Assembly (NCBI GenBank): GCA_004022145.1
Contig: RCNU01000004.1
Strand: one strand, 5' to 3'
DNA from: Paecilomyces variotii
Taxonomy: Eukaryota
Length of the DNA stretch: 64,000 bases
Position 1 is the stretch's first letter; every line of letters starts with the position of its first letter. The position numbers were made by a program, and so were the translations under genes. The notes beneath the pieces were generated by a model, which worked only from the letters and a program-made list of their open reading frames with translations, was not told the origin of the DNA and did not search any database. Below, piece by piece: positions 1-13,239 of the stretch.

Positions 1-1612
1 GATAGTCAGCGTGTGACAGGGTGATAAAACGGCTGGGTACTGACCAGATGTTAGCAAGGATGACTGCCCCTTTCGGGATGAGATATCCTTCGTAAATATC
101 ATCCTCCGTCGTCATATGGGGCAGTCCCATCGGTCCAACCGGGTTCCACCGGAGAATCTCTTTCACGATCGCATCTATATAAGGCAGGTTCTCTCGGTCT
201 TCGAATCCGGGGAGCCTTTCACTGCCGATGACTCGGTCAATCTCCTCTTGCGCTTTCCGCTGCACTTCTGGGTACACGGTCATGGCGAGGAAGAACCATG
301 CTAGAGATGAGACGGTCTGACTGGGTTAGTCCTGTATCGACAACATGGGGTTGAATCTGTTCAATGCAGACTTACAGTATCTGCCCCACCAGCATAGAGA
401 GACAACGCAGACCACTTGACCAGAGAGTTCTCGGGGCTGAGATCTCCCTGCTCCAGCAGGCGCGAGAGAAAAGATATCTCATTCTGACCGCGTGCCATCT
501 GGTGCTTAACGAACGCAAATGGCTTGTCAGCTGTCTCAATCAATGTGTTCTTCCATTTCTCCGCTGTACGCTTGAATCCAGTCCCAGGGAACCAGTCGGG
601 CAGATGCCTCACTGCTAGGATTAGCTTCTGCACCACATGCCGTATTTTGATACATGAATGCTCACTGAAAGGCATGATGTCCACCAGCCACGCTCCAGGA
701 ACTGCCGCCTGACCGAATTGGTCCATAGCTTCACCGATCAGATCTACAAGAGCATCCTTGTCATGCGGTTCAACGGTGTATCCATAGATAATCTTCAAGA
801 TAACTGCTCCAGCTTCCCTAGATTCAACAGTTAACAGCTGCCCCTGACACGGATCTACGATATCGATATCGATATCGATATCGATATCGATATCCTACCA
901 CAAAAGAAAACGGACGAAACTCACTTTCGAATGTGCTCAACCAAACCATCCGGGTTCTCAAGCACCCGCAATAAGAAATGACCGACTTCAACCACCTGCA
1001 AGTCATTGAATTGCGCAGCAACATTCTTGGAGCCAATGATACGCGACATGTACTTGCGATGCGCACGAAATTGATTCGAGTACGGGGACCCGCCAAGCGA
1101 GTTTTCCCAGCCTATCCTGTAAAGCGGTACTTTTGTCAGATCTCGTACCTCGTATTTTCATAAGGGCGTATGAAACTAGGAGTAAAAGAAGACATGCATT
1201 TCACCAGCGAAAATCTGCTTTGGTCGAGACGAGTGCTTGGAGGATCGCTTCTCCAGAAGTTCAAATGCTATCCGAGCCTCATTGATAATGACAATTGTTT
1301 GGCCCATGACAGTCACCGAACTAATTGGTCCTGTTGGGCCCGAATAGATTAGATATAGGGCGTCATCTTGGTATGAGCCGGAGTTGAAAGGGCATTTCTA
1401 TACGAACCATATAGATCCTTGTGCTTGAGCCAATGGATAAACTCCAACTCGCCGTCTCTCGGGAGATCTGACAGATTCCCAACCAAAAAGCTTGGTTTCG
1501 GCCCCGGGGGCAGCGGTGCTTGCTTGCCATTCTTCAATTGAAGGAGTCGTGATCTGAGAAAGTATAGTCCCAGACCAACGAGAACAATCTTCAAGACGAC
1601 GCCCAAAGCCAT
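1..1612 (-). CDS. Cytochrome P450 (OrdA/CYP620-like), multi-exon, 3' end outside window
   Basis: Spliced reading gives an N-terminal TM anchor, PLPPGPKP hinge, FELLEKRSSKHSSRP, I-helix SLYAGGADT, VQRKAQEEIDRV, K-helix ExxR (KEILRW) and GYLIPKGA. The heme Cys motif lies beyond position 1. Confidence 0.93.
859..894. repeat. (GATATC)6 self-complementary microsatellite inside P450 intron 924..818
   Basis: Six exact GATATC copies read directly from the sequence. Confidence 0.95.
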
Positions 1613-3424
1613 AATACCCCTGTCTGTCTGTCTAGGCGAAGCACCCTTTCCTTTGTTATAGTCGTACCGTGTAATCGTCAGAAGGACTGAATCTGCATGG
1701 AAGAAGAAGAAACAAAAAGGTCGAAGGTTCCTCGACCTTTAGAAATAATGTACAAGCGAAACGAATAAGAACGGAGGGATTTCCCAATGACGATAAATAA
1801 CCAATAATATTTAGAGCGATAGGATGACACGCATCATCCCGTATTACTGCCGATGAAAAGCAATCACAAGGGCAGACAGGGGGGGGGCCTTGGAAAGGCG
1901 TGAGCTTTCACATTCGTATTTCGCGTCCAAGGAAAGTCTCGGATAACTTATTCCATCGCTTCATCGGCCACGAACATGCCACGATCGGGACGCAAAGACC
2001 AACACACTAATCTCAATACGATGAATACATCAGAAAATGTAAGTAAGATGTTCACGGGCCCGCGCTTACTGCAGGGAGCCTTATTGTCTCCTTTTGTGTG
2101 ACTCGCGAAGCTGGGGAGGTACTACGAGAGAGTTGAAGCTCGGCCCAGGAGTCTCAAAATTCTGGTCTCTTTCCCTGTCCGTATATGCATGTCGCCGATG
2201 CATATACTTCAGCCGGGGGTGCATAAGTACGTGATGGAACTTTTGCTCTTCTGTGAAACGTTCCGTGAACCATCACGTTGAGTTGGCCCTCTAGAAGGGC
2301 TGGATGACCACGAGTTGCAAACCCACATATTGGCTTGGCTCAAGTGTAATGGAGTTCATTGAATAGGAAGCAAAGCCGGAGTAGGCAGTGGGGTCTCCTT
2401 CATCTGCTGTGCAGGCAGTGTGCGGTGGGAGGCCTTGTCAGGACTCAGGAGTATGGAAATCCATCACGAACATCCCCAAGGGCAGATCTCGATTATCGGG
2501 GTTGGAACGGGGTTGGAACGGGTTGCCTTAGTTCGCCTTACCGCGGACTTACGAATAATGCTCATTCGCTTATCCCATTTTCCTGCTAGTGCTGATCCAT
2601 TTTTGTCTTAGTGATCGAATCTGCGCTTGTCGTGGCATGGGTGCTGAAACGTCAAAGAGCCATTTAGCGGTCTTAGTGTCGACCGATAACTAGTGCAGTG
2701 ACTTTCTTATATCCCTATACTCGACTGGGATACTACTGCTGACAAGGGTCTTTAAATTTGTGGGTTAACGGACCAGGCGTGATCCGGGCCAAGGGATCAT
2801 ATCATGTCTCTTATCTCTTGATTTGTGCTGCTCATTCTCCTTTCCCAGTGATTAAACCCGGTACAAAAAAATAAGTTAATTTATATCGAGTACCCTGATA
2901 TCATATGCAATACCCGAGTCCAGCGACCCTGGCAAAGACCGGAGGTCCCCTCTAGTATTGATATGACATATCGAAGATATTGTCTATAATTGGAGAAAAC
3001 AAATGCAGATCGTCTTGCTAAGCGATTCATACAGGGATCAATTGTGGGTTGCAGGTAGTTAGAGGCCGATGCAATACATCCCCAACGAATCAAAGCACAC
3101 CTTGGTCGATTTCAGGGGAAAAAGACGAACCAAGGAAGACATGGAAGAAATTCATCAGACGAATCGTATTGTGTACTCAGTATCTGGAGTCTGTACTGAC
3201 TGTAAACGGAAAAACCAAAACAAATGGAAGGGTATTATGTCTTGCATAAGAACATCACAACTCCAATAATGAATGATCACTCAACTCCAACGCTGTGGGA
3301 AATTGACAACTCAGACCGCCCTTATCCCAACACGATGCATAATGTGACTTCCCAAACTCCAAGAACGCAAGAGATGCCAATGAGAGGTCATATCGCCATG
3401 AACTCTGGGCCAAGTCAAATTCTG

Positions 3425-6400
3425 TCACAGAGACAACCAGAGATCGCTCTGGGTCTCATTTTCTTTATCGGACTCCACCGATTCTTTGGTTATAACCACC
3501 GTCCTGTCTTTCTGCCTTTGATGCGCAGTGGAATTAGGTCTCATACTCTGCCGCTTGGGAATCGCAACTGGCAGAGCGCTTTTGAAGCCAGGTTTCGAGA
3601 GTTTTCTGATCACCTCCGGACCGCTTCTAGCCCTGGCGATCCTTACTGCCTTCCTGGCTTTCTGCCGTCTCCACCAGGTGACTATGACACCCTTGGCCCA
3701 TAAAATGCGATCTCTTGTCTGAACGACGGCAGCACACTGTCTTGCAACCGCCTGTGCGGCAACACGGCGATGCAGCGTGCGACGCGCAAGAATGTGGCGC
3801 CACGCGGACTGAAGGACGAGGGCCGCTCTAGTTCGCTTCGAAGCAGATAGCAGACGAGAGCAAAGGAAGGCGAGCGAAGCCAATGTGAAGTCGCGATCAA
3901 AAATGCGAGATGAGACTGCGGATGGTGACACCAGGGTTGCTATCAAATTGTCAGAAGAGTGCCCTATACAGGAGCAAAAAACCGCGACTTACCGAATTGA
4001 GAGCTACAGCCCAGGGCCCGAAGACGAGAGCCAAGGGCTGCGCTAGCAGATTTCGTGGACATGGGTGCTTCACCAGAGACACAGCCTTCTGCGGGCTTCG
4101 AACCAATAATGTAGTCTTCATATTCATCCACAATAGCCTCGAAAATCCTGCCGTCGGCGAAACTCGTGGTGAGGTTCGTAAGTTGCAAGCCCCTTACGCG
4201 AGCGATAGCAGACGCCCATTTCTTCAACAAGAAAGCATGCCTCTCATATCCATCGTCGAAGTCGTCTTCGCAGTCAGAGATCTCAGCGTCCTCCTGCATG
4301 CCTTCTGATCTTAGAGACACTTTTCGCTCCAGTCGGATAATCTCTTTCCTCACATCATCCCAATCGATCAGTCCCGGAAGGCCCCATTTCCCAACTAGGC
4401 CCCAAAGAAGAGCGATGGTCTTCTCTCTATGTCCATCGACAATATCACCAGCACGGATATCCTTCACGATGACTCCCACGCCCTTGACTCCCCGCAAAGC
4501 ACTGAGAGCAATTTGGACGTTGAACAGTTTTGTCACGCGTCCTACGCATGGAAGCTTCAGATGCTGTGATAGGGGCCAATCATTCTCCCCCTGCAAGAGG
4601 GGAAGAACTTCTCCTGTTGGCATCGCCACAGTGGTTGACGTATCCGGGTCGTGCTGACGAGAAAGGATCTGGGAAGCAGAAGGATAAAGCAACAACTCGA
4701 CGAGCCTTGTCAGTAGTACACCGTCCCGGAGATCGACTGCTAGATTGTTGATACAAAATTCATACTCCTGCAGTGGATGTTGCGTGTATGCCACCTGACA
4801 GTGCAGATGGCTGAGTGCTCTGTTGATGTCGCCCACAGATGGTAGAAGCATATTTCCAAGAGCCTGAAGAACAGCCGCAGAGGTTTTATAAGGCGATGAG
4901 GCATTGAATAGCCGACGAGGAAGTGAAGTTTCAGGGGTTGTCCTGGCCTTGTCGAGGAGGACAATCATCAGAATGCTGCGAAGGACCATCCGTCGATATC
5001 CCCAACCAACTGCACCGCCTTCTCCGGCTTTGAGCTCTGTTGAATCCTGATCTTGATCTTCATTTCGGATCAAGAATGTCTCCAAGAAAGCCTCTAATGT
5101 CCGTCTAAGGAGCTTCTCCTGCTTCTGGGCCGCCTGATCCGCCGACGAACCGTTCCTGCTGCTTGACAGACGCAATGGAGCAGATATCCTTCGACCGATG
5201 ACAGTCTCTGCGGCTGCCCTCAGCGCGGTTAGATCGTATGTCTGTACCCAGAAGTCCAGGAACTTCCGCTTTAGGCCCAAATCTTCCTTCCAGCGACTTC
5301 CTCGAGAAAGGACGTCTTTCGGAATACCCAACGCCCCGTACAATATGGACGCCTGAAGCCTCTTGTAGAGCAGTTTAAAAGGACGATCCATGTATATTTC
5401 AAGAAGATCATGTCGTAGAATGTCAGGGTCGTTCAAGTCTAGATTTCCATAGGCTGAATCGAATAGGCCGTTGATTAACTGAGTGATAACGATCTCCTGG
5501 TGAGCGAGCCAATTGTCTTCATACATAGCGGGGTTTGCGATATCTTCAGCGAGCAACGGATACTTCTGGTCGACTTTGACAGGTACGTTGGGGGTGATCA
5601 GTTTCGAGGGAGGCACTTTCGTCCTCGAAGACGTAGATAAGCTGGATAAGGTTGAGCTTTTGCAGATCTTTGCTGGATTCCTGCGAGAGACGGTTCTTGT
5701 AGTTGAAGTGCTAGTTTTCCTTATGCCAGATTTCATGGATACCGGGTTGGCACCGTTCTGTTTGACGCCGAGTACAGTCTTCGAAGCCGGCCGACGGGCT
5801 GTGCTCGTGATGGGACCCTTTTCGACATTTCTCGCAGAGAGCATGCTTGTTGACTGGGATTTCGTCACTCTTGATGAAGGTAAGCGATTCCCACCGTCAG
5901 ACTTGTTCTTCAAAGGAAGCTCGAAGACAGGGAGTTCCGCTTTGCTATCCTTCTCCTTGAATCCAATTAGAAGCCCTCCCGGTGGTACATTCTCCTTTCC
6001 GCCGTTCTGACCAGCAATGTCGGCGTTTATTGTGCTCTCCTGCACGACTTTTAGACTTTGCTGTAATGGTGTTCTTCGTGGCGCAGTCGTAGTCGATTTC
6101 TTCGCCGTCCGTTTCTTCGCTATTTGCGCTTCCAAACTGTTTAGCTCCGTATCTTCCGGAATTACGCGCTGAACTCCATCCGGATTGTCATTCTTTATGG
6201 GGCTGAAGATGCTCATAAACACGCTGGCGACGGTAGTGTCCTCAGTAGGGATGTAGACCGTGTTTCGTCGCACGTCCTTTTTCAAGGCATCCTTCTTTTG
6301 AATTGTATCCACAGATTTATCCTCTTGTTTCACAGATTGTCTCTGGCTTGTTGCTGCTCTGTTGGTGACGGGCTTTGCTTGCGGTACTGTTGCCTTGGTC

Positions 6401-6759
6401 GAGGCATCGTCTGAAGGACTGATAGCAAAGCTGACCTTTGGCCTGAAGCGTTGAGCTGGCTGGGCAAACATCGTCGATTTCCTATCGACCGTCCTTCTCT
6501 TCAAAGCCATTGCTTCTGTCTGTGACTGTGACTGCGTTTTAGACGTAGCTTCTTTTCCATCCTCGTGTATCGTGAAGGCGGCAGTCTTTGCTCTTCTAGG
6601 CTTTGCTGTACGGAGCACAGGGGGTCTGATCTCTGTGGTGAAGTCAATCGCGCCAGTATCTTCGTACGCGTCAAAACCATCGTCCCAGATATCCGCGGAG
6701 GCGCTCCAGTCTGATCTTGGGCCGGGACAGGGCGTCGCTGCTCCTTCGAACAGGTTCAT
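3425..6759 (-). CDS. ASPM/abnormal-spindle-like calponin-homology + IQ-motif protein (Sha1-like calmodulin-binding protein)
   Basis: 931-aa ORF contains CH-domain signatures NLAVDLRDGVLLTRLVELL, DIVDGHREKTIALLW and LTNLTTSFADGRIF. After one intron (~3990-3935) come IQ-like motifs (AALVLQSAWRHILARR, VIVTWWRRQKAR). Confidence 0.9.
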
Positions 6760-7087
6760 TGTTGTTGTCGTTGTTGTCTGTCAATTATTTCTTTTCAGGA
6801 TGCTCGCTGTAATTATGCCATGTAGTAATCTTCTAAACACTCAATCAATATGATTTGTCCTCGTGTCTGTTTCTCCCGTGTCAAATTGTATCGTGCTCGG
6901 AATCGACTTTAAGCGTGTATCATCTCGATTAAAACACAGCACAACAAAAACTAAACACCAGACTGAAAGCTCGATAATGCAATTCGCAATACGCCAGATA
7001 TTATGCAAGAATCGTCTATAGCGTTTTCACTATGAAGATAAGAAACCTGGTTCAGGGCGTGGATCTCGACAAAGCTAAACCCCTCGA

Positions 7088-7165
7088 TTGTTTACTAGGC
7101 GTTGGTTGCCCGGTGCAACGCGCGGAGTCGAACCAGTCGGCCGGATCGGCGAGAACAGACACGCG
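7088..7165. promoter_or_regulatory. Possible cell-cycle promoter elements upstream of the ASPM-like gene
   Basis: Forkhead-type TTGTTTAC at 7088-7095 and ACGCG cores at 7118 and 7161. These are short motifs that could occur by chance. Confidence 0.3.
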
Positions 7166-8824
7166 ACGTTTGGCCGACTCAACATCATCCGTTTGTCTGC
7201 TGGACTGATCTCGTGATGCGAATCCTATACCCTTTTTCTTTTTAGGAATAATCAGATTATCTATATGGATTTTGCCTTTAACTTATCCATGGGGTTCGGA
7301 TTCGGGCGATGTCCGCTTGCGCATGATCTTTCGTACTAATGCTGGATGATGCCCGGATCAAGATGTTAGATGATGGGCCCTGTATTAGGTAACTAACGTC
7401 CATTGTATGCTGGCAACCGGTGCATCTGACTACAGGAACGCGTATATTATTTGATAATTCTGGTTCCCTGATTTATTCTCCCACGGACTTTATCCGGAAA
7501 TTTCGATGGCGCAGCACAGGCACTGCGCCCTATACCTTCATCATCCTCTTGGAGGACCCCAAGGGCTCCTTACAATCCATTGACTCACTGAGATCTATTT
7601 TTAACGCCACCCTGTACATCTACGGATAAAGATCACATGTTTCTGGAGTTCTTTTGTCTTCTTCTTCCTTCTTCTTTGACTGTTGCCACACGGCTCAGGC
7701 TCAATGAATTCTTATGCCAACTGTATAATCTGGGATAATCCGGGGGGATGAAGTGGAGTGCTAGTGGCGATCTCTAAACTTGTGACATTATGAGTGAGTC
7801 CATGGAATGATAGTAGTGGCATTAGTGGATTGGCTCTTCTTATGTTATTGGAGTATGTAAGTTAGTTAGATGGATATCAAATGAGTGGAGGGAAAAGAAA
7901 GGACTCCCTGGTGAACTCCATACTTAGAAGCTAGAATACTCTATAATTCATGATACTTTACCACTCGGACATGACCGAGAGGCAAAATGTTCAAATACGG
8001 TCCAATGGGCTAATAGAAAGATTTCGAACGACAAGCATCTGGACAGGCCGATGCAGTACCATACAGTCCAATGTGGGGACAGGGAATAATATTCAGCTTC
8101 CATTGTTCTTCTACTCTATCTTATGGCGCAGTATGTGGCAAACACTTTTATGGTGGTTTTGTTTTGTTCGGTCAGGGCACCATGCAAGAGTATATCCACC
8201 AATGCTTCCCCTCTGGAAGGATGGAAGCGATGCTGCTATTCCGTGGTACTGTCGTCCACCAAGAAGAGGGCTAGTGCCCAACCTATTAGAGACGCGAACA
8301 GAAGGTGAAAACACACTACTTCGTCAGTAGCATGCCGGAAACTTTTAGATGATATCTGAAACCCACCTCCTTTCGTCTGTTTTTGCCGGTAAACGCCCGT
8401 ACAGTAGGCAGTGGCAATGGCCAGAAATTCGGCTCTTTCATTGAAATAACTTTCATTACTTGCGGGTGTACTCTTCTTCCTCCGATAGGAGGTCTCATAA
8501 ACAGAGAGTTCTGGCTGAAGAACTTCGCAGCCACATGGTGCTATTGTATAATTGCTCTTGAGGCCAATGCCTCATATTCCCCGAAATGAATGATAGTTTG
8601 GGGAAAGTTGAGAATTCTAGTATCAAAAAAAGCCAATCTGCAGGCGCTGCCTGTAAACGAGAGAATGAATTCAATCAAAACACCTGCCTCCTTCTAATTT
8701 CCCTTTTCTTTTCTTTTTGCTTTTCGCGAAAAAAATGGTCGTGGGAGAGCAGAGACTGAGCTGCTTCCCAGAAATTGTCTATAAGTGGCCGTTGCATCAT
8801 TGACTTGACTGATTGCCGAGAACG

Positions 8825-9776
8825 TCAAGGTATTAATCGTCCATACTCCTGAAGATATCTATCTCCGATTAGCATAGGCGCAATATGAGCTGGACAGCAA
8901 GAAATCTACATACTGAGATAGATGCGCAGGCAGACTGTATCCGGGAATAGCTTCAGCCATTCGAAGATACTCGACCGCTTGAGTGAAATATTGCATGCTC
9001 GTATCAGGATACGAGACATTCCCGAGACTCATAAACGATTCTGCAGCCTGAAGAACACCGATATTTAGCTTGCTGCGAATAACGTATTTTGTTGACCATA
9101 GTTGGCCTCGATATAGGGACCTACCAGAACCAGGAGCTCTCCTGTCAACTCGTGCTTCTTCTCGGCAGCCCTGACGGCGCGAGAGAAATACTCTGTTGAT
9201 GGCTGCAAGGTACCGCGAGCTTCCACATAGTCGGCACCATGCAAAACATTCTCGTCGTCCATTTTACTATGGTGCTCTCCAGAAGAGGGCCTTGGCAGTT
9301 CCATAGTAGAAACGGCGCTTTCTTCCTTGCCGTGGATCTTTGCGAGTGACACTTGTGATTTAAACAGCCATGCGTGGCCAAGACCTGCCTCGGAATCTAA
9401 GCATGTTGACGTAGGCACGAATAATTTGTGAATTAATAAGGGCTTTTTTACCTTTCAGGGCCTGCCAGTTCTCAGGATCTTCCTCAAGAACAGTTAGCCA
9501 CTTTTGCATGCACCACTCAGCAAGATCTTTCACGCCGCCTGAGTCTGCATCGTAGTATGCGAGATTTTGCAGTGCCTCAATGAGTTCGAGCTGTTTTCGT
9601 TCTATCCGAGGTTCCTGAGATATGTGCATAGAATCGATAAAGGCAACGATGCGTCTGGCGCTGTGGAGAAGCTCATCTCTCGTACTTCCCACGCCATGTT
9701 GAGCTCCCAAAGTGCGGGAGATGTTCTCGACCTCAGTCCTCAGATGGTCGAGGCGGTCTTCCTCAATGTGAGCCAT
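8825..9776 (-). CDS. Conserved hypothetical alpha-helical protein, 4 exons
   Basis: ORF pieces join through GT-AG introns into MAHIEEDRL...LQNLAYYDADSGGV...GLGHAWL...YVEARGTLQPSTEYF...AAESFMSLGNVS...YLQEYGRLIP*. Confidence 0.75.
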
Positions 9777-11240
9777 TAGTGAAGGTCAAGGGTAAAACTA
9801 CCTTATCTAAGAAGGAGAGACTATTGAAATAAAGGAGCGAAGGAACGTCAATATAAGATTAATGTCTGGGACACAAGGGTAATATATAGGACAACAATCC
9901 GTGCACACCAAGGGGCACGCCAATGGAAGGATAGCATATGGGGATCATGATCCGGAAACTCGGTTTCCAGGGCCCTTGAGATCAACGGAGTGTTCCATCA
10001 CGGCACACGATCATCGCCACACCTTAATGGCCTGTGAACTATACCAGACTCAGTAATACAATAGGTGATGAATCAATCCGTCTGATGACTCGGAATCGCA
10101 ACACCTGTAGTAAATTGCACTGTGATTGATGGAGAGCGCCGAAACTGCCGGTAGCATCTACCAGTGTCCACAAGCATCAAGGAGTCTTCCTTGAACCAGA
10201 ACGGGAGAAGACGGTGGCTTTTGGTCCCCGTCGAATTCCATACTCATGGAGCGTGGCCGCCATCTCGGTCCGCTATACAGCCAAATCCAGGACGCTAATA
10301 TATTCGGCCGGTGGAAGGACCAAAATATGTGGATGTTGAACGTATGTTGTAGCGGAGTCACCAGCCACGACGATCCAACGTCCGGGGAAGAGGCGGATAC
10401 GGAGTCCGCTCTCGCCGACGAAGTAGGGAGCTAGAAAGAACAATGGCTTTCATCTAGCATCAGCCATGTTCATCTGCCACTCCAGAGTGGCGAACTTCAG
10501 GGCCGACATGGGTTAAGCATTATTCAAGGAGTATGGTAAGACACTGACGGAGCGGATGTAAGTAGAAAGACGATCGCCAAGACGGCCGTCTTTTCCCGAC
10601 GAGCGAGGGCAGATGACCCGCGACATTTCCGCGAGAACCGAGCAGCGACGTGAGGCTTCCATGACTTCTCTTAGTAGTCCAGCCTTACAGAACCTGAATA
10701 ATATTATATCGACGTATCCATCCTGAGAGGGAACTCGTTTCGGTGAAGAAAACAGCCGAACGTACTCGCGACTTCCGAATGGCAACCCGGGACATTCCGG
10801 AATCGCCGCACGACATCTGGAAATGGGAGTAGACTACCGTACGCATAGAGCTACTATTGTTGCAGTGGAGTAGAGGAATTTGTTTACACTACGTAATAAA
10901 ACTGGCCGGTTCTTTCTGTATCACGGTCACTGCTTCTTCGTGCTTTATCATAGGAGAAGTACCTCTACTATCGTTGCTTTATTATTGTTATTATTATTCC
11001 CTCATGTGAGTAGTAAAACTGTGTAGTACGCCAATCCTGCCTGTGCGCATTTGTGTACAGTTGTAAGAGATTCAAACCCCCCAAAATGGAAGTGATCAAA
11101 TTACTTAAATGATTGATTCTTTACCTACGCTTTGTCGGGCCAAGATTACTTATATGAGCCGTTCAAGCAGGGGCAGTCAACTTATTGCCCCCATAGCTCC
11201 GTACCTGTATCACTTGCCGTGGTATAGAACTCGTCTTTCA

Positions 11241-12416
11241 TCAGAATGAGAGTAAAAGCGCGAGGTTGCTTGTACTTCCATCCGGAGCGAGACAGCGAAG
11301 CTCAGACCGATCCCTAAGGATTTCGTCTATAGACTCAGCCTTCCCGGAGGCATGAAGAATTTTTGCGATAGTGGCGTGCGTACTCAGCAGGACTGGGCTG
11401 GGAAGGTCATAATCGTCATGTTTGTTGAATGTGACTATACGCTCGTTGTTTTTGTTAGGAAGAGGCAGATCTCGGAACATAAGGGCTCGAAAACCATGAT
11501 ACGTGCGTATCACGTATGTGTTTTCCTTGTCCTAGTAAAATAAGCCTATGTTACTTCTAGTATTCCGATCAGATGCATACCGTGGGTTCTAAGGCAAGAT
11601 TAAGCCTTCCAAGTTCTGTATGAAGAGGGCCGAATAATGGCATAGCATTGCTGGGGTGGTTGATATCGTCCGCTGTAAAGTTTGCTTTGTCCCGCAAATC
11701 TGGGAACAAAGCGTACAGCGTAGCCCAGGTGCGCGCAATCTTCACCTCCTCAATTTCGAGTTCAATTAGCATTTACTAATACTGGAAGTGGTAGTGGTTA
11801 ACGAACCTGGCCATGATTCTTGTCGTATTTTCCCACAGAGTAAGGGATTATGTGGGCTAGTTGAGTATCGATTATCTGTGAACCGATTTGCGCCGCAGAA
11901 AACACTTTCGTTGCCTCGTAATCATAGAACCCAGTGATCACACAACGATAGCCATCCCTTTTTAGACACATTGTCTTGAGTCGCTGTTGTTCAGCGTCTA
12001 TCTCAAGTTCCGCATCATCCAGGGGAGATGGAGTCACGGCAGGTGTTTTTCCTCCATGAGCACGCACTGTACACGTTGAAATTAGCAGAAGTTATATAGG
12101 AATTGAGTGCATTATTATACTTACTCGGTATAAAGATCGCTGTAGAAAAGTGCTCTGCGAGTTCAAATAGTCGATCGTCGGCCTGTGACGCGGTAATAAA
12201 TTTTGAGACGGTTAGCTTCCCGCGTGCGGGTAAGTATTCGATAAAACTTGTTAAAACTCGCTGTGTGTCATCTGAAGGCGACCGTTTCATATAGCGTGAT
12301 AATCTGTCTTTTGCCTCTTTCTCTGCAGCATCTAGCTCAAAATCTGCAGGGACGGACAAGAGAGATAAGCTAATAGAAAAGAGAGACTCAGCGAGTCGGT
12401 CGTAGTCGTCATCCAT
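11241..12416 (-). CDS. HNH endonuclease (HNH_2-type) protein, 4 exons, about 335 aa
   Basis: Introns at 12124..12067, 11806..~11745 and 11580..11532. Motifs CLKRDGYRCVITG, TQLAHIIPYS, INHPSNAMPL..LHTEL and LPSPVLLSTHATIAKILHASG match the fungal HNH_2 pattern. The intron 2 acceptor is ambiguous (GAG or AAG). Confidence 0.85.
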
Positions 12417-12804
12417 TTCGACGCGCCAATCCTATGGGAGGCGCCGTGGATTCCCCCGGAGGGAAGAAAGTAATCACAATATTTATAGAAGCTATAAATC
12501 TAAATAGCATAAGCTTTGTAATACTCAGTCTCTAACTATAAGAGGCGCTGTAGATATTTTTAAAGGGAAAAAATAATTATAAAATAATCTCGCTCCCTTA
12601 AGCTTAGATTTAAGAGAAGAATAAAGTAAAGAATAAATAGAAGAGTAGAGGAGAAAATATTAAGATAAAAAGAAGATTGTTGGCACAGTGAAGGTGTAGG
12701 AAGGTTGAATTCTACTAAGTCCCGCGAGGAGAGCGGGGTAGCTAATATACACTATATGACTGGCAGAATAAGGCGGTGAGACCGCGGGTCTGCTCCATGA
12801 CAAA

Positions 12805-13220
12805 GATATAATCATCACGTTCGTTCGCTTTGTTGAACGCAAAAGTCCAGGCGGGCCTCTTGCCCGAGTCAGTGACACAATGACAACATCCGCTTCTGAC
12901 CCCTGAGAACTATCCACTGTCTGGATGCGAGGTTTACACTCCGAATGTGGATACGATGCTGACCATATATTTGCCGTTTCCGAGACCTGAGCTCGATACG
13001 GAGACACAATGAGGACATCCCTCACACCGATGCCCAACAACTCTGCAGCGAGTTGAGAAGCCAACATTGCTTCCCCTGGATTCATGATTGAGTGTGAATC
13101 ATCGAGGATCGTCTCGCCACGATAGTTGAGAAAAGCAATTTCGCTCTCGATTGTCCACACTTCTTTTGCATATAGTCGATGGCGAATCCTCCTTTCTTCA
13201 GTAACAAGAGATATTTTCAA
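12805..13220 (-). pseudogene. Upf1/DNA2-like SF1 helicase C-terminal fragment (AAA_12)
   Basis: NPGEA, VLIVSPYRAQV, IQTVDSSQGSEADVVIVSLTR and RTNVM are present. Homology stops in the middle of motif VI. Confidence 0.8.
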
Positions 13221-13239
13221 TTCGGCCTAAGTCGATAAC

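Noticed and set aside
7950-8590. Cluster of short ORFs
   Set aside because: No recognisable domain or consistent splice model.
1-9776. Secondary-metabolite cluster around the P450
   Set aside because: No backbone enzyme or transporter in the window. Anything left of position 1 cannot be assessed.
10158-10785. Short ORFs left of the HNH gene
   Set aside because: I could not build a credible gene model or find homology to the island.
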